DNA of 61,319 bases, the filler included, from Diploschistes diacapsis (taxonomy: Eukaryota), in the NCBI GenBank assembly GCA_023645945.1. It is 9 parts of 9 records of this genome, joined end to end, with 100 filler letters (N's around TTAATTAATTAA, not from the genome) between each part and the next. Parts side by side here need not be neighbours in the genome. Positions count along the whole stretch, not along the records: positions 1 to 26,670 come from JALAIB010000174.1; positions 26,771 to 31,015 come from JALAIB010001741.1; positions 31,116 to 35,353 come from JALAIB010001742.1; positions 35,454 to 39,690 come from JALAIB010001743.1; 5 more parts are not named here. One strand, 5' to 3'. Within the stretch, counting starts at the first letter, position 1. Every line of letters begins with the position of its first letter. The notes under the pieces are model-generated. The model searched no databases and was not told the origin of the DNA. It was given only the letters and a program-made list of their open reading frames with translations. The translations under genes were made by a program, and so were the position numbers. Shown here piece by piece: positions 23,446-38,793 of this stretch.

Positions 23446-26103
23446 ATGACCTCCGATACTGTGCAAGTGGATACAGCTACGGCACCTGCTGCTGCTGCTG
23501 CGGATACCTCCAGTCAGTCACCAACTTCGCCACGGAAGCGCAGAAGACGGGCGCCAACGACAGGTGCCGCTGATGACTGTTTCGCGTGTCAAGAGAACCA
23601 CACCGCTTGCGATCGAAGACGCCCTTACTGTACGCCATGTATCGATCGCGGGAAGATATGCTCGGGCTACAAGACAACACTGACCTGGGGGGTTGGAGTT
23701 GCGAGTCGGGGCAAGCTTAGAGGACTGTCGTTACCGGTCGCAGCAAAGAGCAAAAAAGCAGACGCTTCACCCAAGGACCCATCGAAGAAGAACGCAAAAG
23801 GCTCAGGCCCTCAAAAGTCGCAGTCTACAACGGATTCGTCGACGACGAAAGGGACGGGAGCAACTACAACGGTGTCGACGCCATCAACTATCCCCTCGTC
23901 CAACTCCATCCAGCAGCCCACAACTTTTGACTTCGTGTCTGTTGACCCTAATGCGCCATTGCAGCCTTCAGTCTCCCAAGCATCAATCCTGCAGTGGCCG
24001 CCGCATCCGCCATCGACTCAGACGAGCAATGTGCGCAATCAAAATGGCCCTCAATCCAAGAAGGCGCGACGCCTCTCTCTACAGCCTTTGGCCGTACCGT
24101 CTCTGATGGCTTCACAAAATTATGGCCCCGTGCCTATGACCGCGAATATCCTAGGTGGCTATCCAGATGTCAGATATTCAAGCCAAAACAATGCTTCCCC
24201 TCAGACGCCGACATACCATAGTCCTAGTAGTTCAACCCCTATCCACCAAACTTTTGCAAGTGCTCATCCTTGGCATGCTGGTATCATGCCACGATCTCAG
24301 CCATCAATGACATCTTGGCCTTCAGAGCCCGCCGAATCGTTGATCTCCGATCATGGCACTCATTACCCGTCCGAGAGTCCGGATTCCGCCAGTGTTTCGA
24401 CATTTGCCCACTCTGTCGGAGCCGATCTTCTTCCACTGGTGGGCACATTCGGTAGTAGTCTGAAAACAGAAGCGACCGAAGATGCCGACGATGTCGAGGA
24501 CGTCATATCAATTGGCGCTCAGCTCGATTCAACATCGGGAGCGCTCATGCCCCAGTATCCGTACACTATAGCCCACAGCTTCGTCGGCAGCACGAACTCG
24601 CTGCGAGAATTAATACACTATTATGATCAAGTCATCTCGCCCGTCATCGTGGCCTTTGATGGCCCTTCGAACCCATACCGTACGCATATTCTTCGGCTCG
24701 CCAGTGGCAACGACGCTTTGCAGCATGCAATCGCAGCTTTGTCGGCCAGCAACCTCAGAATGAGAAAAGACTACGAACACGCCACGTCCGGAAAACGCAT
24801 TGCCTTTACGGATTCCGCCAACGATACTCCACATGACGCTACGGTACGTAAATCGTCCATAGCACACAACCTGCTCCGAGATAGCATAGCCGAACTGGAA
24901 TCTTCGGCGCCTGGACAGCCTTCGCAAAGAGAACTCTTCCACAAAGGCGAATCCATCAAAGCTCTAAACGCGAGTCTTGGGGATCCTTCCAGACGGCACG
25001 ACGATTCAATACTGGCAACACTTCTCATACTGTGCCTTTACCACATCTGTGATACAGGCGTGGCCAAATTCAAGACGCAGTTTGCTGGTGTCAAGAAGAT
25101 ACTCGCTCTACGAAATAGGAGGAACACTTCTCGAGAAACCGGGTGGCTGATTACAATGTTCCGCTGGTTTGACGCCATGACCGCCACGGTGAACGACCGC
25201 GAAGGTCTCTTCGATGAAGACGAAGACAGTCCAAACGCGTTTGAGGCCGAAGAGTGGGCTCTTGAGAATCTTGTCGGTTGCGACAGTAGACTGTTCAACA
25301 TCGTCTCCCGCCTGGGGCGTTTGAACCTGCTCAGCCAGGGGAAACCAGTCAATGGCACTGCGCGACAGCGGCCCCTTGCCCCACGCCATAGAACTGCGGA
25401 CTTTTACAATATATCGGGGAGCAAGTTGGATGGCTGGTCACCACCCCAGCCCGGCGATCCTGAAGTCTCCGAATCTTCCGGGCGGAAGAATTTCTGGCTG
25501 GAATGGAACGCAGTTCGACAGGAGCTACGGGATTGGGAATTCGATGCTTCATCTCTTCCCTCCGTCATGCTCCCGTCCGACCCACTATCCGCCAACATCA
25601 ACATCGATATGAACACAGGCATGGACGTGTCGATCCTTGATTTGAAGAACGTCTCGGAGTCTTTCCGCTATGCAGCCTTACTATATACTGAGCGTCTGGG
25701 CAACCCGACCGCGCCATCCTCGGCGTCGAATTTCCAGACGCTTGTCGCTCAAGCCATGCCGTTCCTTGGCGCGGTCAAGTCCGACGTCTGTTTACTGTGG
25801 CCTCTGTTCATTACCGGCACCGAGTGCGTTCACCCCGGCCATCGTGAGCTGATCCGCGAGAGATGCCTGGGAATACAGGAAGATTCCGGGTTCTTCAACA
25901 ATACGAGCGTTTTGAGGATACTGGAGGAGCTCTGGAAGACCAACGAGCACGACGGCAGCATACCGGTCAAACCGGTTTCCTTGGAGCAGAAGGGTTCGAG
26001 GAAGCGGGCCCTCCCTGACGATGATCTGGTCGCACCGGGCGTCTTCAAGTGGAGGAAGCAGATGATGAGCGGTCCTCTGGACGCAGAATACATCGTCATT
26101 TGA
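23446..26103 (+). CDS. acr-2: Zn(II)2Cys6 transcription factor with fungal-specific TF domain, ACR-2-like
   Basis: CFAC-x6-CDRRRPYC-TPC-x6-CSGYKTTLTWGVGVASRGKL; uninterrupted 885-aa ORF with C-terminal LLWPLFITGTEC region. Confidence 0.85.
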   Translation: MTSDTVQVDTATAPAAAAADTSSQSPTSPRKRRRRAPTTGAADDCFACQENHTACDRRRPYCTPCIDRGKICSGYKTTLTWGVGVASRGKLRGLSLPVAAKSKKADASPKDPSKKNAKGSGPQKSQSTTDSSTTKGTGATTTVSTPSTIPSSNSIQQPTTFDFVSVDPNAPLQPSVSQASILQWPPHPPSTQTSNVRNQNGPQSKKARRLSLQPLAVPSLMASQNYGPVPMTANILGGYPDVRYSSQNNASPQTPTYHSPSSSTPIHQTFASAHPWHAGIMPRSQPSMTSWPSEPAESLISDHGTHYPSESPDSASVSTFAHSVGADLLPLVGTFGSSLKTEATEDADDVEDVISIGAQLDSTSGALMPQYPYTIAHSFVGSTNSLRELIHYYDQVISPVIVAFDGPSNPYRTHILRLASGNDALQHAIAALSASNLRMRKDYEHATSGKRIAFTDSANDTPHDATVRKSSIAHNLLRDSIAELESSAPGQPSQRELFHKGESIKALNASLGDPSRRHDDSILATLLILCLYHICDTGVAKFKTQFAGVKKILALRNRRNTSRETGWLITMFRWFDAMTATVNDREGLFDEDEDSPNAFEAEEWALENLVGCDSRLFNIVSRLGRLNLLSQGKPVNGTARQRPLAPRHRTADFYNISGSKLDGWSPPQPGDPEVSESSGRKNFWLEWNAVRQELRDWEFDASSLPSVMLPSDPLSANINIDMNTGMDVSILDLKNVSESFRYAALLYTERLGNPTAPSSASNFQTLVAQAMPFLGAVKSDVCLLWPLFITGTECVHPGHRELIRERCLGIQEDSGFFNNTSVLRILEELWKTNEHDGSIPVKPVSLEQKGSRKRALPDDDLVAPGVFKWRKQMMSGPLDAEYIVI

Positions 26104-26670
26104 GCAAGGACGGAAAGCATTCTGCGTTGCTATCCCGCGTAAGATACCCATCACGGGGGGGGGCAAGAGGGACATGTTTATGATGAGCGACATCTGTCCT
26201 TACGGATTTGAATAGCGTCACGATGGGCTCTGAAGCAATGAAGATTTTTAGGATATCCATGTACTATAAGATTCAATGCAAATGTTTCTGTCATTTATAT
26301 GGTCCTTTCTCGGATTTCCTTTCTTGAACGGCTCTGATTAAGCTGGCACAAAACCTACACAACCTTGACCCTGTCAAATAACCGCAACAATGAGTAGCCT
26401 CCAGTGTGCAAGAGGATTCTAGAGCTGGGACTAGTGACTAGAAGAAGACAACTCTGAGTGAGCAGGACCATGCCCGAGAAATCCGACATTAAGCATGGCG
26501 CAGGGATAGATTGATTGATTGGGGCGTTGCGAACTCGGGAGTTCGAGAAATCAAGTACCTTTCAGAGTTAGAAGGACCAACAGTCCCCTTTAAAAAGCTC
26601 TATAACTGTTTCAACCACTATCTTTGCACTCACTATGGCCGACACCCCCCAACCCACCCAAACCGAATCC

Positions 26671-26770
26671 NNNNNNNNNNNNNNNNNNNNNNNNNNNNNN
26701 NNNNNNNNNNNNNNTTAATTAATTAANNNNNNNNNNNNNNNNNNNNNNNNNNNNNNNNNNNNNNNNNNNN
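26671..26770. other. Artificial contig linker (same linker at 31016-31115, 35354-35453, 39691-39790, 44026-44125, 48359-48458, 52690-52789, 57007-57106)
   Basis: N44-TTAATTAATTAA-N44, stop codons in all six frames, identical 100-bp length each time. Confidence 0.98.
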
Positions 26771-27635
26771 GGAGGGGAGATGGACTGAGGATCCCGAGTG
26801 GAAAAGGGGTTCGCATGTGAAATGGTCGAAAATTGGCTGAGTACTCCATTGAGTTTGGAGAGCGGGGCTTCCGTCCCAGTACCAGTACGAATATGAAGGC
26901 CCAGTTTTGGTTCATTTCACCCGTTCCGACCGTTTGCCCGTTGAATGGGCCGTTTTTGTTTATTTGTTTTGTTGTGTTTTGTTTTGTTTGCCGTGGCAGC
27001 CTAAGCCTAAGAGAATAAGAGAATGCGTCGTCATACTGACTGGCTGCCCCACTGATACTGCCAGGCGGTCAGAGATGGCCCCGCTGAGGCGTTGCGTCTT
27101 TTCGTCATTTTCCGTCTTTCCGTCTCTTCATCTCTTCATCTCTTTTCTTGAACCCCATGGGCAAAACGAAATAAATTCAGCTTGACAATATCGAACATTC
27201 AACTGGAATTGCTTCCTCAAGCCTCAGCACTTCAAGTGCTGATGATGATAATGATGATGACTCGCTCCCAGTTTGGTTCCTCCAAGCGTTGTTACCTATC
27301 GCTCATTCTTGTTCCAATCAAGTAACCCACTTCCCCATCTACCACTCCTTTTGAGCCCAGAGTTGGCCTCCAATTATCAAGTCTAACAGCTTCAACGTAC
27401 TCCACAGAGCCTCCAACAACTGGTCGCACCCCCAAATGAAATGTGGATTCCCAAGGTCATGTGCTGCGCTTCCGAGCTGCAGCGTACCTTCTCTAAGCGG
27501 TAGGTAACTAACTTGGTATATATATATATATCTATATATATATATCTACTCTCCTCTTACTGCTGTCATTTACTCGGTTTCCTTCCCACTTTGGTAGTTC
27601 TTGAACGTATCCTCTTACTCTGCATCTCTTCAAAC

Positions 27636-29610
<1,975 letters not shown>

Positions 29611-30691
29611 CGTGAGACAAGCGGGCGATGAGGACGGAGGCATTGGAGTGGAGTGCGTTGGGGAAAGTGCATGCTTGCAGAATAGCATTGCTTGCTGAAT
29701 AACATTGCTTGTAGCTTAGCAACGAATGAATTGACGATTGCTCGACTTTCCCAAGAGGGGAGAACATGGCGCATCATGCGATCAGATCAGCGTTGCACTA
29801 CCTACCTAGATTGGCAAGCCCCAGAACCGATGGCTCTTATTCGCTATATAGAACCGAAGTCTCCCTTGGCCGTGTTCAGCCTCAGCTACCAAAGAGCTCG
29901 TGCAAGCCCATCATTGCATTTCCAGTTCCGGCTAGTGAACAAGGCAAGGAAAGGCGCAGGCTTTCCCTTTTCCGTGGAGATGGCAATTTTTGTACCTCCA
30001 GCGTAAGCGCGAGAAGAAGACTGGGACGGGGCTCGATTTGAACTCGCAACCCGACTCCACTCGACGCCTTGATCAGTTTTTTGCTACACGTAGTTTTATG
30101 CCTCACCAATGTATATACCGTAGAGGGCGGGCTCATCCGCCGATGAGCGATCCCAGATCCGCGAGTCCCCCCCCACCCACACTGTACAACAAAACATGCG
30201 AGATGCAAAAAAAGGGGGTAGCTAGGTAGTAGTACCTCGCGCTGCTTTCCCGCATTCGGGGGCCCCCTCCTCCTCGCTGCACCCCACCCGCAGGTCTTTG
30301 TTATTATTGTGGGTAACTAAAGGCCCCCCGCAACAATTAGATAGTTGGAGATGGATAATAAGTCAACGACGGCTTTTACGGTGCTGTAAAACCCCCGTAA
30401 AATTATATCCCGACGAACACACGGCTGCTTTTCTCGGCAGCAGAGATGTAGGTAATAGTAAATCTGCGCTCCAAATCTACGATGTTTTGTTGCAGGGCAC
30501 ACAAGGTGGGTGGGGTGGTATTGAGATGAGATGAGATGGGATGTCGGTGTGGAGTGGTATAGGAAGTGGACAAGTTTGATTTTGTGATCGAGCTGAGTCG
30601 GAAAAATGTTGTTCCGGAACAGAGTTCCCCCCCCCCCTTCTGTACGGGAGAAACTTTCTGCTGGGAAGTAGTGGAAGTTCCTAATTAAAAA

Positions 30692-31015
30692 TGACAGGAG
30701 GCTAAGATATATTCTGCAGCTAATCCTAACCAAGGAAATATTCCTAGCTGACCGATGTTCAGTATTGATAACAAAGGTGATAGCTATGAACAATGGGAGG
30801 TTAAAATGTCTTTTATAGGCACGTTTCACGTTAATATAATTAATAATGATGTTTAAAACATTCCTTTTCCCTCCAAAATATTCCATGCATTAATAAGCCG
30901 AATATTCTTAAACATCATGCATTAATAAATCGAATATTCGATATTCTTCGATATTCTTCGATATTCTTCGATAATATTCTATTATATTTTAAGATATTCT
31001 AGAACCTTCTAGAAC
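30692..31015 (-). mobile_element. LTR-like repeat copy (RIP-like), truncated by linker
   Basis: Reverse complement aligns by eye to ~47080-47285 (TTCTAGAAGGTTCTAGAATA..., TTATTAATTATATTA.CGTGAAA.GTG..TATAAAAG). Confidence 0.72.
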
Positions 31016-31115
31016 NNNNNNNNNNNNNNNNNNNNNNNNNNNNNNNNNNNNNNNNNNNNTTAATTAATTAANNNNNNNNNNNNNNNNNNNNNNNNNNNNN
31101 NNNNNNNNNNNNNNN

Positions 31116-32368
31116 GGATGGGGATGTGTTCTGGGGGAGAGCGAGGAGGGAGGAAGAGAGGGGGCGGTGCACTTACTCTCTTTGATGGCGGCCTGTAAAT
31201 ACTTCAACGACTTGAGTAGCTCGAAGGTCAGCGGGGCGTTCCCCGTCGCCAGGACCTCCGCACGCAGCTCGTTCCAGACATTCGGGTGGCGGCAGACTTG
31301 GAAGAAGAGATCGCTCAGACCGATGGGCGAGGCGTTGTGGATGGGCAGGAAGACGCTGAGCAGCTGGTCGCACAGGAAGCGGCGGTCGCTGCTTTCGCGG
31401 ACGAGCTCGCGCGTGAGGCAGAACCTTGGCGCTACCGTGCTCGCTGCAGAGTCCTTCTCCGAATATCGGGGGAAAGATCTGCGCGGTCCTTCTCGTCTTG
31501 CTGCGCGAGCGCTATGTCGATCTGCCGGTCGAACAGCTCGTGCACGGTCCCGCAGGCTTGCAGCCACGCCCGGCTGGGGGGGAGGTATTTGGCCAGTGGG
31601 CCGAGGAGCACGCGTTGCTGCACGCCTTCCAGGGCTTTCTCCATTGCGGTTAAGAAGGTGTCTACGTCCATGCGCGGCTGCAGGGATAGAGATAGGGCTG
31701 AGTCTGCGAAGAGGAAGTCTATTGCTATGTCGACGTACTATCGTGAATGTCCAATTAGCGAGTTTTGCTCCTGAAGTCAGTCTTGCTCTCAAGCAACTCC
31801 ACATACAAAGCGCCATAGCAGCGGTTGCAAGTCTATGGTTGTCCCATCGCCCGGTACGAGAGTCAAGAGCCTGTCAACATGCCCTTCCAGCATATCTAGA
31901 TCTGCGAACTGCGCCTTGAGGAACAAGGGCTTCAGGACATTGCGTGACTGATGGTCCATCCGACATGACGATGCCGCCACCGATCCAGGGCTTGTTGAAA
32001 GCCATACGAACTGGCTCGACGCCGAAGTTGTCGAAGTTGGTCGTCAGAACCGCCTGAATAAGCCTGTGGTCCGAGGAGATAATAGTCGGGATACTCCAAG
32101 TAAGGACCTGCATGGTCTTGCCGTTGCCATAGGTTTGAAGGAGGTTCTTGACCGTGCCATGGAGATTGTTGTTCTTTTTGCCATTCTGCAATATGAAATG
32201 TAGATCCGACCCTAGGATAGGATCTTTATGGGGATAATGAGCTATCTCGCTGCAGCCGTTTACACGCAGCTTATGCTTGTGCCGAATGTGCTTGAAAAGT
32301 ATATAGGAAACTAGAACGAAAAGCAGACCTTCAATGAAAAGAACAATGTACGAAGCAGCAAGCATCAT
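31116..32368 (-). pseudogene. Cytochrome P450 (CYP52-like) with two apparent frameshifts; 3' part lost at linker
   Basis: N-terminal TM, YPHKDPILG, QAVLTTNFDNFG, K-helix LKYLQAAIKES; frame breaks near 31955 and near 31470. Confidence 0.75.
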
Positions 32369-33578
32369 GTGTGTATATGCGCTTCGCTCTATACAGAGTC
32401 CGATGCAGACTTCGACAACCTCTTAAGATTCACCTATCCTACGAGTCAACGCTAGAAGCCACAGAGCACGTGAGATCTCATACAAGTTATCCGGGATAAC
32501 CGCCCTCGGGTAAAAAACAGAGGCAAGAAAGACCAAACCAGGTATCACGCTTGCTGTGACCATTGCGATCCCTTCGAATCATCCCCTGTTAGCGGCTGAA
32601 TTTTCTTTGCTAGCTGACCTTGGTCGCGGCATAGGCAAATCCGCCGATCGATGATTGAAAGGCGACACTCGGTGCTCACCCACGTCTCTCAGCTTCGAAA
32701 CCTGACGGGTTACAGTAGAGGAGCGGCGAGCAACTTCGCTGAGCCAATGACTCTTGACTTATAAAGGAATTGTTAGGCTGCTTCAGCTAGGGCTATTGCC
32801 CAGACACACCGTGGAGCTCTAGCCCTAGCACCGCTAAACTCCCAGCTTCCGTCGTGTGTCGTAGGCGAAGTACCATCCTGGCTGTTTCGAGGTCGAGGAT
32901 CTTCCAGCTAACGCCACTCAGCCAGTATGCAGCTGCCTAGCTCACAACGAGCTACCTTCAAGTTGCTAGATTACGCACCCCTTTCTACTCGAACCAGTCT
33001 TGAGACCTTTATATCTTTGTACCCCCTATCGTTCCCTTTATCGTCTTGGCTAAGGGCATAATCCTGGTTGCGTCGGCCTCGAGATGCGCCCAGTGGAGAA
33101 CCGCAGATTGGCCAGAGGATGGCGTCAGTTGTCGCCATGAAGGATTCATGAATCGCGTCTTAGACCAGTTAGTTCGGATTGAGGCACACTCGACGACCAT
33201 GCATGCCCGCTCTTCCTGCGCTCGCACGGCGTGAATGAAGGGTATGCCTCGCAAATTGGGGTCTGTAAAGGGAAATTTTCTTTCATTCGAACGGCCTCTC
33301 TGTTTCGAGGACTTGGACGTCGGACCGAGAGACGGCAAGACCCGAAGCTAGTGTTATATGTGTTATTAGCAAATAGCGTTTCGGTAGCGCTTCGGTATCG
33401 ATGATAACAGCTAGCGAAGCTCTAATGGATACATCCCTTACCTAGTACCTCGTACAGTTGTCCAGGTGTCTTCGATAGGCCGATTAAAGGAGTGACCTTG
33501 TGAAAATGACCATTCGCGATTAGGCTTGTTCGAGGTTGCACTTGTGTTCCTGGAGATTTATAGGAAGTGGTATACAAA

Positions 33579-35030
33579 TTACAATTTGGCCATGACCGTA
33601 GTCTTCCTACCCCAGTCCCTCTCGAATTCCCTCAGTATCTCGGCGATCCGCGCCTTTATTCGATATTCGAGCTCTTCAAATGATGGGTCATCCAGTGTCT
33701 CCAACGGTATCTTCTCCTCCACCATGTCGCGGAAACCTACGCGCGACGCGTGAGGGGAGACTGGCAGACTCGCTGGCTTCTCGACACAACACACGCAAAA
33801 CGCCGCCCACCGTTCTACAATTAGTGAGCTCTGCGGCGACCGATTTAGTCCCGGCATCATAGAAAAGCAATGTGGCATGGCCTCGAACTCGAGCCATGAC
33901 ACCGATACCCCTTGCTGCGCCGCTCGACGCGCGACAGCTTTAGCACCATCAAAAAACTGCTCCTGGCCGCTGCCAAACCACATCGGTGGGCACCCTTCCC
34001 AAGAAGGAGTAAGACACAATGACAAGAGCGGATGCGTGAAGTTTGCAACGTCAGCGCCCATAATGCTGGCGCGCGGTGGCTCGCTAGGCCAGAGCCCGCA
34101 CCTGGGATAATCTGGACACGACCACCGCACGTTCAGAAAGAGATCGTTTATGCGGTTTGTATCGTAGGAAGGCGCACACTGCAGTGACTCGCCTGCAAGG
34201 CTGAGTCCGGTTATTCCGGCAGGCTGCGGTATTGGGAAGGAGACACGGTGCGAATGAAAGGCAATGGGCTCGTACGAGCGTGTCGTGCGGAGAATTTGGA
34301 GCAGACCAAAGGCAAACAAAGCGCCGCTGGAATCTCCAGCAAAAACGATCGCCGAAGGATCGAGTGCGGTATGCGCGCTGTTAGGCGGCGGATACAAGAG
34401 AGAAAGGTAGGTCATGAAGACGTCGAGGAGTCCTGCTGGAAATGGGTGCTGGGGGCATAGACGGTAGTCGACGGAGACGACTCGCCCGCCCGTTAGTGTG
34501 GCCAGTTTCGACGTAGTTGCCCTGTATGAAGCAGGACTGCCCTGGCTATAGAAATTAGAATGAAAGAAGTGCTAATAAGAGGGGGCGCCGTACAACATGC
34601 CTCCTCCATGAATGTGGAATATCGTCGTCTTGCTTGTAACATCAACCGAAAGTGTATCTAGAGCATCGCGAGCTTTCGATATTGTACCTGTGCCTTCCCA
34701 GCCCTTCAACTGCCTCTTGCTCACCCATTCCAGTCCAATATTGGCTGCCGGAAAATGGGGATGTTCGATTCTTCCGAGGTCTTGGATGGCTTGAAAGAAG
34801 ACTCTTCGTGCTTCATCCTCAGGCGGAGCTGGAAGTGAATCTTGGACGACGTGAAAAGCACTGCCGAGCGGTCTGCTCTTCAGGCTATCTTTCTGGATCT
34901 GTGAAATCGTTGGGGCAGGCTGCTGGTGGATAACTGTGCGGATGGTATCGACTATTTGCTGCGTTGTCTCGTCCCAGACCTTTGATCGTGGAAATTGCGC
35001 GATGATTTGCTGACCTTCGTCTTCCGCCAT
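33579..35030 (-). CDS. Alpha/beta hydrolase (HSL-family lipase/esterase)
   Basis: HIHGGG oxyanion motif, one intron, VDYRLCPQHPFP, AGDSSG nucleophile, EAMPHCF. Confidence 0.88.
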
Positions 35031-35453
35031 ATTTTCCAACTCTTCTTTTCACTGGCCGTATGTCCGGTCCTTCCTACCTTTGCTACACTGGCTACAATAT
35101 CGGGTGGTTTGTCTGGAGGATCGAAGCCACGGCTTCCATCATGCCCACAGAGCTGAAATACTTCCCGTACGTGTGGCTAGTAGCCTGAGTTTCGCCTCGG
35201 TAACCATCAGATACAAAGGGGGGAGAAGATACTACCCACCTGCAGCTAGCTACCGCAATCATGTGCGGAGTCATAGCCCACATTTATGGGAGCAGGATGA
35301 GGAAGTATGTTAATTACTAGGATTATTGTACCAAAGGGACAACGGAACGGGAGNNNNNNNNNNNNNNNNNNNNNNNNNNNNNNNNNNNNNNNNNNNNTTA
35401 ATTAATTAANNNNNNNNNNNNNNNNNNNNNNNNNNNNNNNNNNNNNNNNNNNN

Positions 35454-38400
35454 GGCGGAGGGTTGGCCGTTGGGGTTGGGGTGCGGGATTGTGGACTCTG
35501 CTTGGGTCATGGGAGAAGGGAGAACGGGAATGGGAGCGGTGGAGGCGGGGGTTAACTGGGTCGCTGGACTGGGGTTCTTCAAGAACTCCGTTATCGTAGC
35601 GGAAACGGCGACGGGGGCAGGGGGTTCCGCTGCGGGACCTGTTGCGTCTGCCAGGCCGCCGGGCTCGACCTTTTCGGCCAATTCGGCTGTGGTAGTCGCT
35701 GCAACCGCCGCTCCGTCGGCCGTCGTATCCATAGCGTCGGGATCGTGCACACCGTTCGTTAGAGCTTCGTTAGTACCCTCCACCGACCCAACGGCCTCGC
35801 TCTCCTTCGTGCTCGGCCTGATGACAAGGCTCGCGTCCGAGATCCTCCTGCTCAACGCAGTCCTCTCAAGCAGCTGCTCAAAGTCCAGCAACTCCTCCTC
35901 GTACGGCCTGCGACACAACTCGCTTTCCTTGCGGTTTGCATCCTCGAGGGCGGCCTGGACGGCCCTGACGATACGCTTCGCGAGCTTGCGCTTCTCCTTG
36001 TCGTCCGCGCTGAGTTCCTTCTTGGCGGTACGGTCTCCCAAGATTTGAGACTCGACCTGGGAAGTGTCGGTGACGGAAGACATGCCGATGACCTCGGCAA
36101 AGGCACTGCCGAAGTCGGCGGAAAATGGCGCGACGGAAGCGTAGGCGCGTTTTTCCATGTTTTCGCGGATTCTGCCGAGGCCCTGGTGGAAGGTACCTTT
36201 GTTATCAAGCCTAGATAGACACTTGTTAGCGAACCCTCCCTTTGAACAATGACACAAACTCGACCCACTGTAAAGCCTTCTCCAAGATTGGCCACAAGAG
36301 CGGCGGAATGGGAAAATACACCGTATCCACCAACCCTTTCAGCAACTCCGCATTCGCCAACTTCTTCGCCTCCCTCTCCTTGACCTGTACGCATAGCTCC
36401 AGCAACTGATCCACCTCCCCAATCCGGCTCTTTGCAAACTCGATTCTGCGCTTTAGCCTCACACCTCCAATAGCTCCCATCGCCGCAAAATCCCTCCGCG
36501 TGATCTCCATGCTCGAAAAAGTCTCCATCTGTAGCTGCAGCCGCTTGATGAGCGCCGCCCCGCGCTTGGCCTCGCGCTTCAGCGTCCAGTACCGACAAAT
36601 GTCCGCCGAAAACTCCCGCCGCTTGCGCACGGCGAAGCGCTGCAGCGAGCTCTCTACAGAACTGTACAGCGTGGCCGGCACCACCGGCGCGCCCGAAGGG
36701 AGACGCCAGATGGTCTTGGCCGGTCGGTTCTGCTGCGGCGTGCCTCTCTTGCGCTTGTTGGCCCCGCCGCCGAGCGTGAGCGTCAGTCTGGGTGTCGCAT
36801 CGTCGCCCGTGCCTGCAGGGGCAGTGATAGCGGTCAGTGGTTGACTTGGTGGTGGGGCTGCTGCTGCGAGGCTGGCGGCTGTCTGCTGGCTGTCGGCCCA
36901 GACTTTGCCGCGCATGGTCCGCTTGTAGTATTTTTTCGCCGCAGATGTTGCGCGGTCGACGTTGTAGGTCTTGCCCCATTCGGAAGGCACGTGCAGGCCG
37001 CAGTAGGCTTTCAGGACGCTGGCTTCGAGGTTGGCGGGGCCACCTTGCGCAGATTTCATGGACAGGTACCATCTAGCTCGCCTGCCGCATGTGACGTGGA
37101 AGGCTTTGAAGCAGCTTTTGTGTCCGCATTGAATGCAAGCGCCCATTTTCTGATTGCAGATCTCGCAGACCAATTTCCACCTGTTTTTAGGGACCTTCTC
37201 AACGTCCATCACCGGTTCCATGAAGGTGGTATTGCCGAGAGACACTTCAGGGATCCAGATCGCGCAGAGAAGGTGTGACCAGCGAGCCGAGTTGGTTTGT
37301 TTGAACGCGCCGTCGGTGTTGGGACAGAAGACACAGGTCGGAGTTCCTCTTCCGGTGAGATGGCATTTGCGGCAGAGCCACTGCCCTTCCGGGATGAATG
37401 GTACGCCATAGCACTCCTGATGAACGGCAAGGTCACAGCCATCGCAGAAGACGATCGCATTCGTGTTTTCGCAATCCCCATCATCGCAGATCGCACACTT
37501 GCTGTCCTGCTCTTCAGCCTGGCCAGAAGGCTCACCGTTCACTGCCGCTGCCGAGCTCGACCTCGGGCGATGCGTCTGAGGAGGCTTGGGATTGGGCTTT
37601 GGTATCCGCTTCTCCAGAGCATGCCATTCCTTCTCTATCTTAGTCATAGTGATCTCGAATACAGCAGGTTTGATCGCCTCGGACTGCTCCTCTTTGCGCA
37701 AAATGTTGTAGGCCTCCAACCATTTCTGATCCTGTTCGTCCATATCGTATTCAACCCGAGGGACGCCCGTCGCTCCGATAGCCGAAGTCGATTCCCCGTC
37801 TTTGTCCTTCGTGGGTACAGCATCCAGCTCTTCGTCGAAAACAGTATCTGTCAGTCGTATTAAGCCTTTCTCGGGTCGAACAAAGTGGTCGCTTTCTTGG
37901 TAGCCTACGTTCGCCATTGTTCGGTCGACATAGTCGATTGACCCATTCGCTTTCTCGTAGGACAGGAAAGGATCGACCAGACGGAAGGACGGTTTTGGCA
38001 GAGTCAGCTTTTCTCGAGGATTGGGCCCGGGCAGCGGCACGACCTTGGGCGTCTCCAAGTTGAGGATTCCCTTGAGCATGGCACTTGAATTTCGCGGAGG
38101 CCTCCCTGGACGTCGTCTAGAAGGCTGTGATGGAGTAATTACTTCGTGAGGCGCAGGTGCAGGCGCATCAACGGCCACGCCATTTGTTTGTCCGTCTTCT
38201 ATATCTTTGGTCTCAGCTCCAGCTCCATTTCCTTCCAAATCGCCCGCACCCGGTCTCGGCGTAGTCGGAGCATCAGGCTTGGTCGTACCGTCGACGATAC
38301 CAGCGGCGAACACCGGCAACTTCGCATCAATATCAAGATGTTCGTGGAACTCCTCCCACCCCCTCTCTTCACGCGGCTTGAATCCGTCACCCTGAACGAC

Positions 38401-38793
38401 CGCCGCCGCCGCCGCCGCCGCCGAGCTGTATCGCGGCCTCGTCACAGACCGCCTCTCTCTCCGACTCTCACGCCGCGGGCGATTACCGCGCTCCGGTCTT
38501 TCCATGACCGTCGGCTGCTGCACGCCACTCCCTACGTTCATAGGCCCTATGCTTTCTCGAGGGCCCATGTGGTTGTAATCGTCCGGCCCCGTTCCTCCTA
38601 CTAGTTTCTGATTGCCTTCAGCGTCGAGCCAATAACCTCCGCCACCGGGACCGCCCGGGACGTATCTGCGCTTCTTTCTGGGCGGTTCGCTGTAGCTGCC
38701 AAGATCGCCGACGACGCGTCGTCGTCGTGGTGTGGTGCTGGTGCGGCCGCGCGTGTTGAAGTTGCGTCGGCGCGATGCGGGCGCAGCTGGCAT
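35454..38793 (-). CDS. NTO1: NuA3 HAT complex scaffold Nto1/BRPF-like (EPL1-like, PHD, zf-HC5HC2H); 3' end lost at linker
   Basis: VEYDMDEQD, CAICDDGDCENTNAIVFCDGCDLAVHQECYG, CGHKSCFKAFHVTC, YWTLKRE; intron near 36211-36268. Confidence 0.9.

Noticed and set aside
35852..37072. 406-aa overlapping ORF and other long alternative-frame or antisense ORFs (e.g. 28906-29688, 10-657, 41583-42314)
   Set aside because: Shadow frames of GC3-rich genuine genes with no recognisable motifs
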